Positions 10,393-19,571 of a stretch of DNA of 64,000 bases are shown one piece after another; positions within the stretch are counted from its first letter, which is position 1, and the number at the start of each line of letters is the position of its first letter. A program made the position numbers and the translations under genes. The stretch comes from Pseudomonadota bacterium (GTDB lineage Bacteria > Desulfobacterota > UBA8473), in NCBI GenBank assembly GCA_043825855.1, contig JBDRRJ010000021.1, positions 2,938 through 66,937 of the forward strand, read 5' to 3'. The notes beneath the pieces were generated by a model. The model was not told where the DNA came from. It saw only the letters and a list, made by a program, of their open reading frames with translations, and searched no databases.

Positions 10393-11007
10393 ATGGACAT
10401 TAAAGCATCTATTGTTAAGAGTCTTCGTGAAAAAACGAGCGCTGGAATTATGGATTGTAAAAAGGCCCTCGAGGAAACTAAAGGTGATCTTGATAAGGCT
10501 GTAGATTACTTAAGAAAAAAAGGTTTGGCATCTGCAGCTAAAAAGACAGGCAGGGTTTCAAAAGAAGGAATTATAGAAGCATATATACATGCAGGGGGAA
10601 AACTGGGGGTACTTTTAGAGGTTAATTGTGAAACTGATTTTGTAGCTAAGTCACCGGATTTTGTTGAATTCGTGAGAAATGTAGCTATGCACATAGCCGC
10701 CTCAAATCCCCTTTATCTGAAAAGAGAGAATGTTCCAGAAGAGGTTGTAGAAAAAGAAAAGGACATATATAAGACTCAGGCATTAAACTCTGGAAAACCT
10801 GAAAAGATAGTCGATAAGATTGTCGATGGAAAGATGGAAAAGTACTTTTCTGAGGTCTGTTTACTGGAACAGCCCTACGTCAAAGAACCTCAACTCTCTG
10901 TTAAAGAATTAGTAGATACCTTAATAGCCAAGATTGGGGAAAATATATCTATCAGACGTTTTTCCCGTTATCAATTAAGTGAAAAACTGGATAATGAAGA
11001 AGCCTAA
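10393..11007 (+). CDS. tsf: elongation factor Ts (short form)
   Basis: [26 protein letters not shown]. Confidence 0.98.
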   Translation: MDIKASIVKSLREKTSAGIMDCKKALEETKGDLDKAVDYLRKKGLASAAKKTGRVSKEGIIEAYIHAGGKLGVLLEVNCETDFVAKSPDFVEFVRNVAMHIAASNPLYLKRENVPEEVVEKEKDIYKTQALNSGKPEKIVDKIVDGKMEKYFSEVCLLEQPYVKEPQLSVKELVDTLIAKIGENISIRRFSRYQLSEKLDNEEA

Positions 11008-11716
11008 TTTTAGAAGGGTACTTCTTAAACTGAGTGGGGAAGCCCTGTTGGGCAAGGAAGAATATGGAATCAGCCCTAGTGTTATCAACAGCATTTCTTC
11101 TGAGATTAAGGAAGTCATCGAATTAGGTGTAGAGATAGGAATTGTTATAGGTGGCGGGAATATTTTCCGTGGAATAAAAGCTACTGCTGAAGGGATGGAT
11201 AGATCTTCAGCCGACTATATAGGGATGTTGGGCACTGTAATTAATAGCCTGGCTCTTCAGGATGGTTTGGAAAAGCTCGGAGTACCTGCAAGGGTCTTAT
11301 CCGCTATAGAGATGAGACAGATAGCAGAACCCTATATCCCTAGACGGGCAAAAGAGCATCTGGGAAAGAAAAGGGTTGTAATCTTCGCTGCAGGAACAGG
11401 CAACCCCTACTTTACTACTGATACTGCTGCTGCGCTGAGGGGAAATGAAATAAACGCCGAAGTAATGTTGAAGGCAACAAAGGTGGATGGCGTTTATAGC
11501 AGTGATCCCACAATAGACAAAGATGCTAAAAAATTTGAGGTTTTAAGCTATAATGAGGTATTGAATAGAAACCTTAAAGTGATAGACTCTACAGCGGTAT
11601 CTTTATGTAGGGATAACGACTTGCCGATAATCATTTTCAATCTAACGGTTCCAGGTAATATTAAAAAAGCCATTTTAGGCGAAATGATAGGAACTAGGAT
11701 TACGGGTAAAATATGA
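10994..11716 (+). CDS. pyrH: UMP kinase
   Basis: [27 protein letters not shown]. Confidence 0.98.
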   Translation: MKKPNFRRVLLKLSGEALLGKEEYGISPSVINSISSEIKEVIELGVEIGIVIGGGNIFRGIKATAEGMDRSSADYIGMLGTVINSLALQDGLEKLGVPARVLSAIEMRQIAEPYIPRRAKEHLGKKRVVIFAAGTGNPYFTTDTAAALRGNEINAEVMLKATKVDGVYSSDPTIDKDAKKFEVLSYNEVLNRNLKVIDSTAVSLCRDNDLPIIIFNLTVPGNIKKAILGEMIGTRITGKI

Positions 11717-12270
11717 AAGAAGAGATTATTAAAGAACTTGAAAACAGTATGGAAGAAGCCATTGAAGCTCTTAAGAGGGAATTTAGCAAGGTGAGGACAG
11801 GAAGGGCATCATTATCCTTGCTCGATGGTATTAAGGTTCAATATTATGGAGAAGTTACACCCTTGAATCAGGTTGCTACTCTTTCTATACCGGAAGCCAG
11901 ATTAATTACAATTCAACCTTGGGATACCAAGGTTATAGGAGAAATCGAAAAGGCTATACTAAAATCTGGCTTGGGTCTCACCCCAATTAACGACGGAAAG
12001 CTCATCCGTATCTCAATACCCAATTTGACAGAAGAGCGAAGGCAAGAACTGATTAAAGTGGTTAAAAAGATGACAGAGGAGTGTAGGGTATCCCTCAGAA
12101 ATACCCGAAGAGATACTAATAATATGCTCAAAGATATGAAGAAAGAGAAAGAGATATCAGAAGACGATATGTTTAAGCTTCAAGATGAAGTTCAAAAAAT
12201 CACAGACAAATATGTAAAAATATCTGACGAGGTTCTAGCTTCAAAAGAAAAAGAGGTGCTTGAAATCTAG
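11713..12270 (+). CDS. frr: ribosome recycling factor
   Basis: [16 protein letters not shown]; position after pyrH. Confidence 0.98.
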   Translation: MKEEIIKELENSMEEAIEALKREFSKVRTGRASLSLLDGIKVQYYGEVTPLNQVATLSIPEARLITIQPWDTKVIGEIEKAILKSGLGLTPINDGKLIRISIPNLTEERRQELIKVVKKMTEECRVSLRNTRRDTNNMLKDMKKEKEISEDDMFKLQDEVQKITDKYVKISDEVLASKEKEVLEI

Positions 12271-12299
12271 TTTTGTCTGGTTTGCGGAGGTTGAATGCT

Positions 12300-12470
12300 G
12301 TGCCCTATAAGATAACTGATGACTGTGTGTTGTGTGGAACCTGTACAGAAGAATGCCCTTATCAAGCAATTGAAGAAGATGATGACATATTTATCATTAA
12401 TCAGTGTGATTGCACAGAATGTGGTACATGTATAGAATTATGTCCAACAGAAGCAATAATTGTGGAATAA
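12300..12470 (+). CDS. 2[4Fe-4S] ferredoxin
   Basis: Two CxxCxxCxxxCP motifs; GGAGG RBS before GTG 12300. Confidence 0.9.
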   Translation: MPYKITDDCVLCGTCTEECPYQAIEEDDDIFIINQCDCTECGTCIELCPTEAIIVE

Positions 12471-12728
12471 AAATTAAAAGATTAAAATTTTTATATCTCC
12501 CCATCATTTTTCAGACTTCTCCCTTCTAAATCTTAAATTATCTTTGTAATCTGTCTTAAATAAACATTTGACCTGTCTACAATCTTTGCTTGAAAATTCA
12601 CGTTACTTATGCTAATTTAAATAGTTCTGAAAAAAGAAGAATTGCCTTTTAAAAGAAACGGACTCAGGGGCAAAGCCCTTAAATGGATAAAATAACCGGT
12701 TTAAGAAATGTTGGCTTAGTAAATAATT

Positions 12729-13481
12729 ATGAAGAGGTTGAACAAAGATAAACTTCCAAGACATATTGCAGTTATTATGGATGGCAATGGTCGTTGGGCT
12801 AAGAAAAGGAAACTCAGAAGAATATCTGGGCATAAAAAAGGATTAGAGGTAGTAAAAGAAGCGGTAAAAACCTGTAGGGAACTGGGTATAGAGTTTCTCA
12901 CCCTTTATGCCTTTTCTGTGGAAAATTGGAACCGTCCAAAGAGTGAAGTAAATGCATTAATGGGCCTTCTTAAAAGCTATCTTTTAAGTGAACTGGACGA
13001 GATGTTGGAGAATGATATACGGCTTAATGCAATTGGCGACCTCGAGGATCTGCCTAAAAGTGTAGGAAAAATTTTGACAGATACCATTGAGAGAACCAAA
13101 ACATGCAAGGGGATGGTGTTAAATCTGGCATTAAGCTATGGAGGCAGAAACGATATTATACATGCGGTTAGCAAGATCATTAGTGATTGCGAGGCAAATA
13201 AGATAAAATCCGAGAACGTTACAGAGGAACTCTTCCCTAACTATTTGTTTACTGCTGGAATTCCAGACCCGGATCTCCTGATCAGGACCAGTGGTGAATA
13301 TCGGATTAGCAATTTCATGCTGTGGCAAATAGCGTATACAGAAATATATATTACTGATACCCTATGGCCTGATTTTAAAAAAGAAGATTTGATTGAAGCC
13401 TTGTTAGACTTTCAGTCTAGAGAAAGAAGGTTTGGTTTAACCAGCGGCCAGATAAAAGGCGGGAAGAAAAAAGGGGTGTAA
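12729..13481 (+). CDS. uppS: undecaprenyl diphosphate synthase
   Basis: HIAVIMDGNGRWA, AFSVENWNRP, LIRTSGEYRISNF. Confidence 0.98.
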   Translation: MKRLNKDKLPRHIAVIMDGNGRWAKKRKLRRISGHKKGLEVVKEAVKTCRELGIEFLTLYAFSVENWNRPKSEVNALMGLLKSYLLSELDEMLENDIRLNAIGDLEDLPKSVGKILTDTIERTKTCKGMVLNLALSYGGRNDIIHAVSKIISDCEANKIKSENVTEELFPNYLFTAGIPDPDLLIRTSGEYRISNFMLWQIAYTEIYITDTLWPDFKKEDLIEALLDFQSRERRFGLTSGQIKGGKKKGV

Positions 13482-14281
13482 TGGAATCAAAGAGATTGTT
13501 AACAGCCTTATTCCTTATACCACTCCTTATTATTGTGGTAGGATATGGTTCGGAAGAGGTTTTTTTTGGTGTTCTTTTAGCTGTAATCGTACTTGCAACT
13601 AATGAGTTTTATTCTCTGGTTTTACCTGGAGGCCAAAAGAAAGAAAAAATATTAGGGATCCTTTTAGGATCACTTTTGGCATATGGTATTTATAGGGCAG
13701 ATAATCATGTTATATTAGGTCTTTTCAGTTTTATTATTGTTTTTTTGCTCATCTTTTTTTTAATAAATGTTAAAGATATAAATACAATAGTTCCCAACCT
13801 TGGTAAACTTCTAATTGGGATCTTTTATATAAGCCTTCTCTTGCCTCATCTTACATTAATCAGAGGATTACCTCTTGGTAAACAATGGGTTTTCTTTACC
13901 CTAGCAGTAACCTTTATGGGTGATACTGCTGCTTATTATGGGGGCAGTCACTTTGGGAAACACAAACTCTATCCAAGAATTAGTCCGGGCAAAACTATAG
14001 AGGGTTCTCTGTGGGGTTTTGTAGGAAACATAGGATGTGCTTTAATACTCAGGGAGTTCTTTCTAGATCAACTGGAGATTTATCATTGCCTTATTTTGGC
14101 TGTAGGCCTTGGTATAATGGGACAGGTAGGGGATCTGTGTGAATCAATGATAAAGAGAAGTGTTGGGGTAAAAGACTCTGGCAGTTTGCTGCCCGGTCAT
14201 GGGGGCATATTAGACCGTATTGACAGTATCATCTTATCGTCTCCTTTTCTTTACTATTATGCAGTTATATTTCTTGTTTAA
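13481..14281 (+). CDS. cdsA: phosphatidate cytidylyltransferase
   Basis: ISPGKTIEG, KDSGSLLPGHGGILDRIDS. Confidence 0.97.
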   Translation: MESKRLLTALFLIPLLIIVVGYGSEEVFFGVLLAVIVLATNEFYSLVLPGGQKKEKILGILLGSLLAYGIYRADNHVILGLFSFIIVFLLIFFLINVKDINTIVPNLGKLLIGIFYISLLLPHLTLIRGLPLGKQWVFFTLAVTFMGDTAAYYGGSHFGKHKLYPRISPGKTIEGSLWGFVGNIGCALILREFFLDQLEIYHCLILAVGLGIMGQVGDLCESMIKRSVGVKDSGSLLPGHGGILDRIDSIILSSPFLYYYAVIFLV

Positions 14282-14452
14282 TTACTCGATAACTTTTGAG
14301 ACCATAAATACAATCTTTGGTGTAAACTATCAATTATCAATCTCTTGATCAATCCTTATTAGTAAAATTCTTTAAGAATTTAGAAGATAGAGGCAACAAA
14401 ATTTTTTTAAGCGTGTTCATTTTTTTATAAAAGATATAACTTGGAGTACTGG

Positions 14453-15598
14453 GTGAAAAAACTGGCCGTATTAGGTTCCACAGGTTCAATAGGTGTCAAT
14501 ACTTTAGATATAGTTGAAAAGTTCAGTGGCAAATACGAAATAGTAGCCCTTTCAGCTGGATATAATATCCAATTACTAAAAGATCAGATCACCAAATTTC
14601 ATCCAAAAGTGGTTTCTGTATTGAATGAATCTCTTGCCGACAAGCTGAAAGAGGAATTAGTTTCGAAGGATATAGAGATACTCTATGGAATTGAAGGAAA
14701 CAATAGAGTTGCCATGATACCAGAAGTTGACATGGTTGTGAGTGCCATTGTCGGGGCAGCAGGGTTAATCCCCTCTGTTTCTGCCATCAGGGCTTGTAAA
14801 AATATAGCTCTGGCTAATAAGGAAACTTTGGTTATGGCAGGAAAGATAGTAATGAAAGAGGCAAAAGAGAACGGTGTTACTGTTTTTCCAATCGACAGCG
14901 AACATAGTGCTATCTTTCAGTCCCTTCTGGGGCATCAAAAGAAGGATATAAAAAGAATAATTTTGACGGCTTCCGGTGGTCCTTTTCTAAACTGTTCATA
15001 TGAGGAACTCGCAAATGTCTCGATCCAGGACGCATTGAACCACCCTGTCTGGCAGATGGGCAAGAAGATTAGCATTGATTCAGCATCTCTAATGAACAAG
15101 GGATTGGAAGTAATTGAAGCCAGATGGTTATTCGATATCCCTCATGATAAGATCGATGTTCATATTCACCCTCAGAGTATAGTCCACTCAATGGTAGAGT
15201 ATATTGATGGTTCAGTTCTTGCTCAGATGGGGTTACCGGATATGCGAGGACCAATATCTTATGCCCTTGCATATCCTGAACGTCTTCCAATAGAGCTTCC
15301 TTCATTAAACCTCCTTGAGATTGAAAAACTTACCTTCGACCTTCCGGATGAGGAAAGGTTCCCTTCTCTCAGACTGGCGTACAGGGCAGTTGAAGAGGGA
15401 GGAACAATGCCTGCTGTTCTCAATGCCGCCAATGAGATTGCAGTAGAGGCGTTTTTAAATAATAAAATAGGTTTTACTGGAATTCCCCGCATTATAGAAC
15501 AGACAATGAATTCTTATGATGTAAAAGAAATGAACACTATACAAGATGCGCTGGAAGCTGATAGATGGGCTAGAATGAAGGCAAAGGCACTTATATAA
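14453..15598 (+). CDS. dxr: 1-deoxy-D-xylulose-5-phosphate reductoisomerase
   Basis: LGSTGSIG, ALANKETLV, PIDSEHSAI, NKGLEVIEA. Confidence 0.98.
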   Translation: MKKLAVLGSTGSIGVNTLDIVEKFSGKYEIVALSAGYNIQLLKDQITKFHPKVVSVLNESLADKLKEELVSKDIEILYGIEGNNRVAMIPEVDMVVSAIVGAAGLIPSVSAIRACKNIALANKETLVMAGKIVMKEAKENGVTVFPIDSEHSAIFQSLLGHQKKDIKRIILTASGGPFLNCSYEELANVSIQDALNHPVWQMGKKISIDSASLMNKGLEVIEARWLFDIPHDKIDVHIHPQSIVHSMVEYIDGSVLAQMGLPDMRGPISYALAYPERLPIELPSLNLLEIEKLTFDLPDEERFPSLRLAYRAVEEGGTMPAVLNAANEIAVEAFLNNKIGFTGIPRIIEQTMNSYDVKEMNTIQDALEADRWARMKAKALI

Positions 15599-15615
15599 AA
15601 CAGAAGGAGTGTTAA

Positions 15616-16683
15616 ATGGTAACTGCAATTTCTGCTATAATTCTATTGGGCGCACTAATTTTTGTCCATGAGTTAGGACATTTTATCGCTGCGAAGATAA
15701 GCGGTGTTGGAGTACTTAAGTTCTCTCTTGGTTTTGGTCCCAAGATATTGAGCAGGAAAATTGGAGAAACCGAATACGTTCTTTCCGCAATCCCTTTGGG
15801 AGGTTACGTAAAGATGATTGGAGAGGAGCCTGGAGAGGAGAAAGAAGTATCGGAGGATGAGCTGTCCAAATCTTTTTCCAACAAATCCCTGCTAAAAAGG
15901 TCTGGAATTGTTTTTGCTGGACCTTTATTTAATATAATATTTGCGATATTTATATTTTCTGTAATTTATATGATGGGGGTTCCGATTCTGACGGCCAGGG
16001 TGGGTGATGTTTTAGAAAACTCTCCTGCTTATGAGGCGGGGATTAAAAAAGGTGAGCAAATTGTTGCTGTAAACGGAAAGACTGTCTCACGCTGGGAAGA
16101 ATTAACAAAGATCATCCAGGATAGCAACGGAGAGGAACTGAACATTCAGCTAAAAAAAGATGGCATTCTCTACGATACCAGACTTAAACCAAAGCTCTTT
16201 ACTGACAAAAATATCTTTGGGGAAGATGTAAAGGTTTATAAAATCGGTATAAGCGCCTCAGATGAATTTATTACCGAGAGGTATAATCCTTTTGTCGCTA
16301 TGGTAAAAGGTTCTCAACAAACATGGCGATTTACTGAGTTGATGGGAGTAACAATTGTAAAACTCATTGAAAGAACGGTTCCTGCAAATACCATGGGGGG
16401 GCCTATCCTAATAATCCAGATGGCAGGGAAACAGGCACAGGCAGGAATCTCGAGTTTTCTCTTTTTTATGGCAATAATAAGTATCAATCTGGGGATAGTA
16501 AACCTTTTGCCTATACCTATACTTGACGGTGGACATCTTTTCTTTTTCCTCATTGAGGCTATCATAAGAAAACCGCTCAGCATCAAGTTTCGAGAATTTG
16601 CCCAACAAGTTGGCTTGGTTATCATAATTCTTCTGATAGTCTTTGTATTTTACAATGACTTGAGCCGTATATTTACTAAATAA
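15616..16683 (+). CDS. rseP: RIP metalloprotease RseP
   Basis: HELGH, PDZ region, NLLPIPILDGG. Confidence 0.97.
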   Translation: MVTAISAIILLGALIFVHELGHFIAAKISGVGVLKFSLGFGPKILSRKIGETEYVLSAIPLGGYVKMIGEEPGEEKEVSEDELSKSFSNKSLLKRSGIVFAGPLFNIIFAIFIFSVIYMMGVPILTARVGDVLENSPAYEAGIKKGEQIVAVNGKTVSRWEELTKIIQDSNGEELNIQLKKDGILYDTRLKPKLFTDKNIFGEDVKVYKIGISASDEFITERYNPFVAMVKGSQQTWRFTELMGVTIVKLIERTVPANTMGGPILIIQMAGKQAQAGISSFLFFMAIISINLGIVNLLPIPILDGGHLFFFLIEAIIRKPLSIKFREFAQQVGLVIIILLIVFVFYNDLSRIFTK

Positions 16684-16711
16684 TGTATTAATCGAACTAC
16701 AGGAAACCGCT

Positions 16712-17407
16712 TTGAAGATATTAGCCGTAGAAACTTCAACAATGGCTGGAAGTGTAGCATTAATCGATAGTGAAGAACTTGTATCAGAGTATCTTCTGAA
16801 TATCAATATCACCCACTCTGAAAGATTGCTTTCAGCTGTTGATTGTATCATAAGAGATACAAAAATATCCGTGGATGAAATCGATGGGTTTGCTGTCTCT
16901 ATAGGACCTGGCTCATTTACAGGGCTTCGAATAGGCATTAGTACAATTAAAGGGCTTGCCTACGCAACTGACAAACCTGTTGTAGGTATACCAACACTGG
17001 ATGCTATGGCCGAAAATATTTTTTTTACAGATTACCTAATTTGTCCAATATTAGATGCCAGAAAAAAACAGGTCTATGCCGCATTGTATAAAAAGAGCAT
17101 AGAAAACAGGCTGGAAAAAATAACCCCGGATTTGGCAATAAATCCCGATGAGCTTTTAAAAAAGATTCAGACAAAAGTTGTCTTTTTAGGTGATGGTCTG
17201 AGGGTCTATCACAAACTCATAAAAGAGACACTTCAAGATATGGCTTTCTTTGCCCCAATGAATTTAAGACTTCCTCGTGCTGCTAATGTTGCAAAATTGA
17301 GTTTAGATCAATTTAGAAAGAACAATGTTCTGGATTTAAATACATTTACGCCTTCTTATGTGCGTCCCTCAGAGGCTGAGGAAAAATTTAAAGAATTAAA
17401 GAGATAA
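16712..17407 (+). CDS. tsaB: t6A biosynthesis protein TsaB
   Basis: ILAVETST, HSERLL, GPGSFTGLRIG, LDARK. Confidence 0.96.
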   Translation: MKILAVETSTMAGSVALIDSEELVSEYLLNINITHSERLLSAVDCIIRDTKISVDEIDGFAVSIGPGSFTGLRIGISTIKGLAYATDKPVVGIPTLDAMAENIFFTDYLICPILDARKKQVYAALYKKSIENRLEKITPDLAINPDELLKKIQTKVVFLGDGLRVYHKLIKETLQDMAFFAPMNLRLPRAANVAKLSLDQFRKNNVLDLNTFTPSYVRPSEAEEKFKELKR

Positions 17408-17425
17408 AAATAGGAGGTAAGAACG

Positions 17426-18325
17426 ATGGATCAGAAAGACTTTACCGGCTGTCACATCCCCATAATTACTCCCTTTAAGGATGACTATTCAATAGATGAG
17501 GAAGGTTTAATAAAGCTGGTAAATTACCTTATCGAAGAGGAGGGGGTTGATGGTATAGTCCCATGCGGGACTACAGGAGAATCTCCTACACTCTCCCACA
17601 AAGAGCATAACCAGATAATTGAGATAGTTGTAAAGGAGGTTAACGGCAGAGTACCTGTAATTGCAGGAACGGGGTCTAACAGCACCCAGGAGGCTATTGA
17701 TATGACAAAATATGCTGAGGATGTAGGCGCAGACGCCAGTCTTCAGGTAGGTCCATACTATAACAGACCAACGCAGGATGGGATTATGTGTCACTTCGAA
17801 GCCATTGCTAAAAATACAAAGATACCTCATTTTATATATAACATACCATCCAGGACCGGCAGGAATATAGAGCCCCAAACTATAATCGAACTTTCAAAGA
17901 TCGATAATATAATAGGGCTTAAGGACGCAAACGGGAATCTAATGCAGACCATGGAGATAATTAGTGCCACCAAGGATAGTTCCAAAAAGTTTTATGTCCT
18001 TTCGGGTGAAGATGCCCTGACATACTCCATGATGTGTCTGGGGGGAGATGGTGTAATATGTGCGGTGGGGAATGTTATCGGAAAAGAGTATACCGAGATG
18101 TGTAAATTGATCAAAGCAGGGGAATATGAGAAAGCAAGGGATATGCACTACCGCACCCTTCCTTTGGTTAATACCTTGTTTATAGAATCAAATCCGGCGC
18201 CGGTAAAAGAGGCCTTGAAAATGATGGGTCTTCCGGCCGGTAAACTGAGGCTGCCTTTGGTAGAACTGAGACCGGAGAACAGAGAGAAGCTAAGAAAAGC
18301 ACTAAAAGATATGGGAAGGATATAG
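17426..18325 (+). CDS. dapA: 4-hydroxy-tetrahydrodipicolinate synthase
   Basis: GTTGESPTL, YNIPSRTG, IGLKDA, ESNPAPVK. Confidence 0.96.
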   Translation: MDQKDFTGCHIPIITPFKDDYSIDEEGLIKLVNYLIEEEGVDGIVPCGTTGESPTLSHKEHNQIIEIVVKEVNGRVPVIAGTGSNSTQEAIDMTKYAEDVGADASLQVGPYYNRPTQDGIMCHFEAIAKNTKIPHFIYNIPSRTGRNIEPQTIIELSKIDNIIGLKDANGNLMQTMEIISATKDSSKKFYVLSGEDALTYSMMCLGGDGVICAVGNVIGKEYTEMCKLIKAGEYEKARDMHYRTLPLVNTLFIESNPAPVKEALKMMGLPAGKLRLPLVELRPENREKLRKALKDMGRI

Positions 18326-18330
18326 GGGAT

Positions 18331-18428
18331 AGGTGCGCAAATCATGAGGAATGAAGCGTACTTAGGGCTACGCTACGACGACGAAGGATGCAGCGCAAAG
18401 CCGCAGACGGACTTTTTCGAAGCCATTA
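18331..18428. repeat. degenerate copy of a deltaproteobacterial intergenic palindromic repeat (MITE/REP-like)
   Basis: GC-rich gcgcaaatcatgaggaatgaagcgtac...tacgc...gacgaaggatgcagcgcaaagccgcagacggactttttcgaagcc in an AT-rich context; matches a dispersed repeat I recall from Desulfobacterota genomes (unverified). Confidence 0.55.
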
Positions 18429-18447
18429 AAGCAAGAAGGAGAGTATT

Positions 18448-18951
18448 ATGGAACGTGTGAACGTTTTTCTTGATGTTGAGGCTAATGCTATGCCATTAGG
18501 GCGAATAGTAATTGAATTGCGCACAGATGTTGTTCCAAAAACAAGCGAGAACTTCCGTGCCTTATGTACAGGTGAAAAGGGCTTTGGGTTTAAGGGCAGT
18601 ACATTTCACAGAATTATCCCGGACTTTATGATTCAGGGTGGTGATTTTACCAATCATAACGGGACAGGTGGCAAGTCAATCTACGGCAGCAAATTTGAGG
18701 ATGAGAATTTCGAGCTTAGTCATACTGTCCCCGGGATTTTGTCAATGGCAAATGCGGGGCCTAACACAAATGGCTCGCAATTTTTTATTACCACTGTCGA
18801 AACTGATTGGCTTAACGGCAAGCATGTGGTCTTTGGAACGGTGACAGAAGGCATGGATGTGGTCAAACGCATAGAGGCATTGGGTTCACCTAGTGGGCAG
18901 CCTAGGAAAAAGGTTCTCATCAAAGATTGTGGTCAACTGTTAGCAGAATAA
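18448..18951 (+). CDS. cyclophilin-type peptidyl-prolyl isomerase
   Basis: [52 protein letters not shown]. Confidence 0.97.
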   Translation: MERVNVFLDVEANAMPLGRIVIELRTDVVPKTSENFRALCTGEKGFGFKGSTFHRIIPDFMIQGGDFTNHNGTGGKSIYGSKFEDENFELSHTVPGILSMANAGPNTNGSQFFITTVETDWLNGKHVVFGTVTEGMDVVKRIEALGSPSGQPRKKVLIKDCGQLLAE

Positions 18952-19090
18952 CACGATGGCTAAGATAGGTTGTTATCTGATGAAAGCACCTTGACAAGTA
19001 AACAGCCAATATACATATTTTCAAAAGGGATGGTTACTTTAACATAAACATGAACAGATGTTCCTGTTTTTAAGAGAAAGGAGAAACCCA

Positions 19091-19414
19091 ATGAAAATAG
19101 ATATTGAAAAGAATTTGGTAGAATTCACGCCGGAACGTCCGGATGAACAGGCAAGGTTAGAGGAATTATGGAAAATTGTCGTAGACTGCGTAAGGTTCAA
19201 TAAAAAGCTTGTGCCGATAGGGGAATATGTACCTTCTAAAAACAATATGGCAAGATTTGCCATTGAAGGAGAATCAACAGGTAAGACATACGCAGAAGTT
19301 TATGTGGACAGAGACTGCAGAGCATTCTGCAATACTTGTAACAAGTATATATTACTGAAAAAAGGTGACAGAATACCTCCCTGCTGTGGAAAACTGATGG
19401 AAATAATAGATTAG
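19091..19414 (+). CDS. hypothetical protein with C-terminal CxxC...CCG metal-binding ribbon
   Basis: RBS AAGGAG before ATG 19091; CNTC...PPCCGKLM. Confidence 0.75.
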   Translation: MKIDIEKNLVEFTPERPDEQARLEELWKIVVDCVRFNKKLVPIGEYVPSKNNMARFAIEGESTGKTYAEVYVDRDCRAFCNTCNKYILLKKGDRIPPCCGKLMEIID

Positions 19415-19457
19415 AATTTTAAAAATCCTATATTGCACATAAAAAGTTCATTACATT

Positions 19458-19483
19458 AAACAGGGGCGATTGCCCCTGTTTTT
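19458..19483. terminator. bidirectional intrinsic terminator
   Basis: AAACAGGGGC-gatt-GCCCCTGTTT plus T-tract, between convergent genes. Confidence 0.8.
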
Positions 19484-19571
19484 ATATAAGTTCCCCTTTT
19501 TATTTCACTAGATGCCCCTAGTCCTAATCAACCATAAATAAATGTTTGACGCAGATAAAGTGATCCTTAGT

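Noticed and set aside
12655-12702. GGGGCAAAGCCC hairpin as a possible c-di-GMP-I riboswitch
   Set aside because: Only one short stem; the P1 GNRA/P2 receptor architecture is not evident
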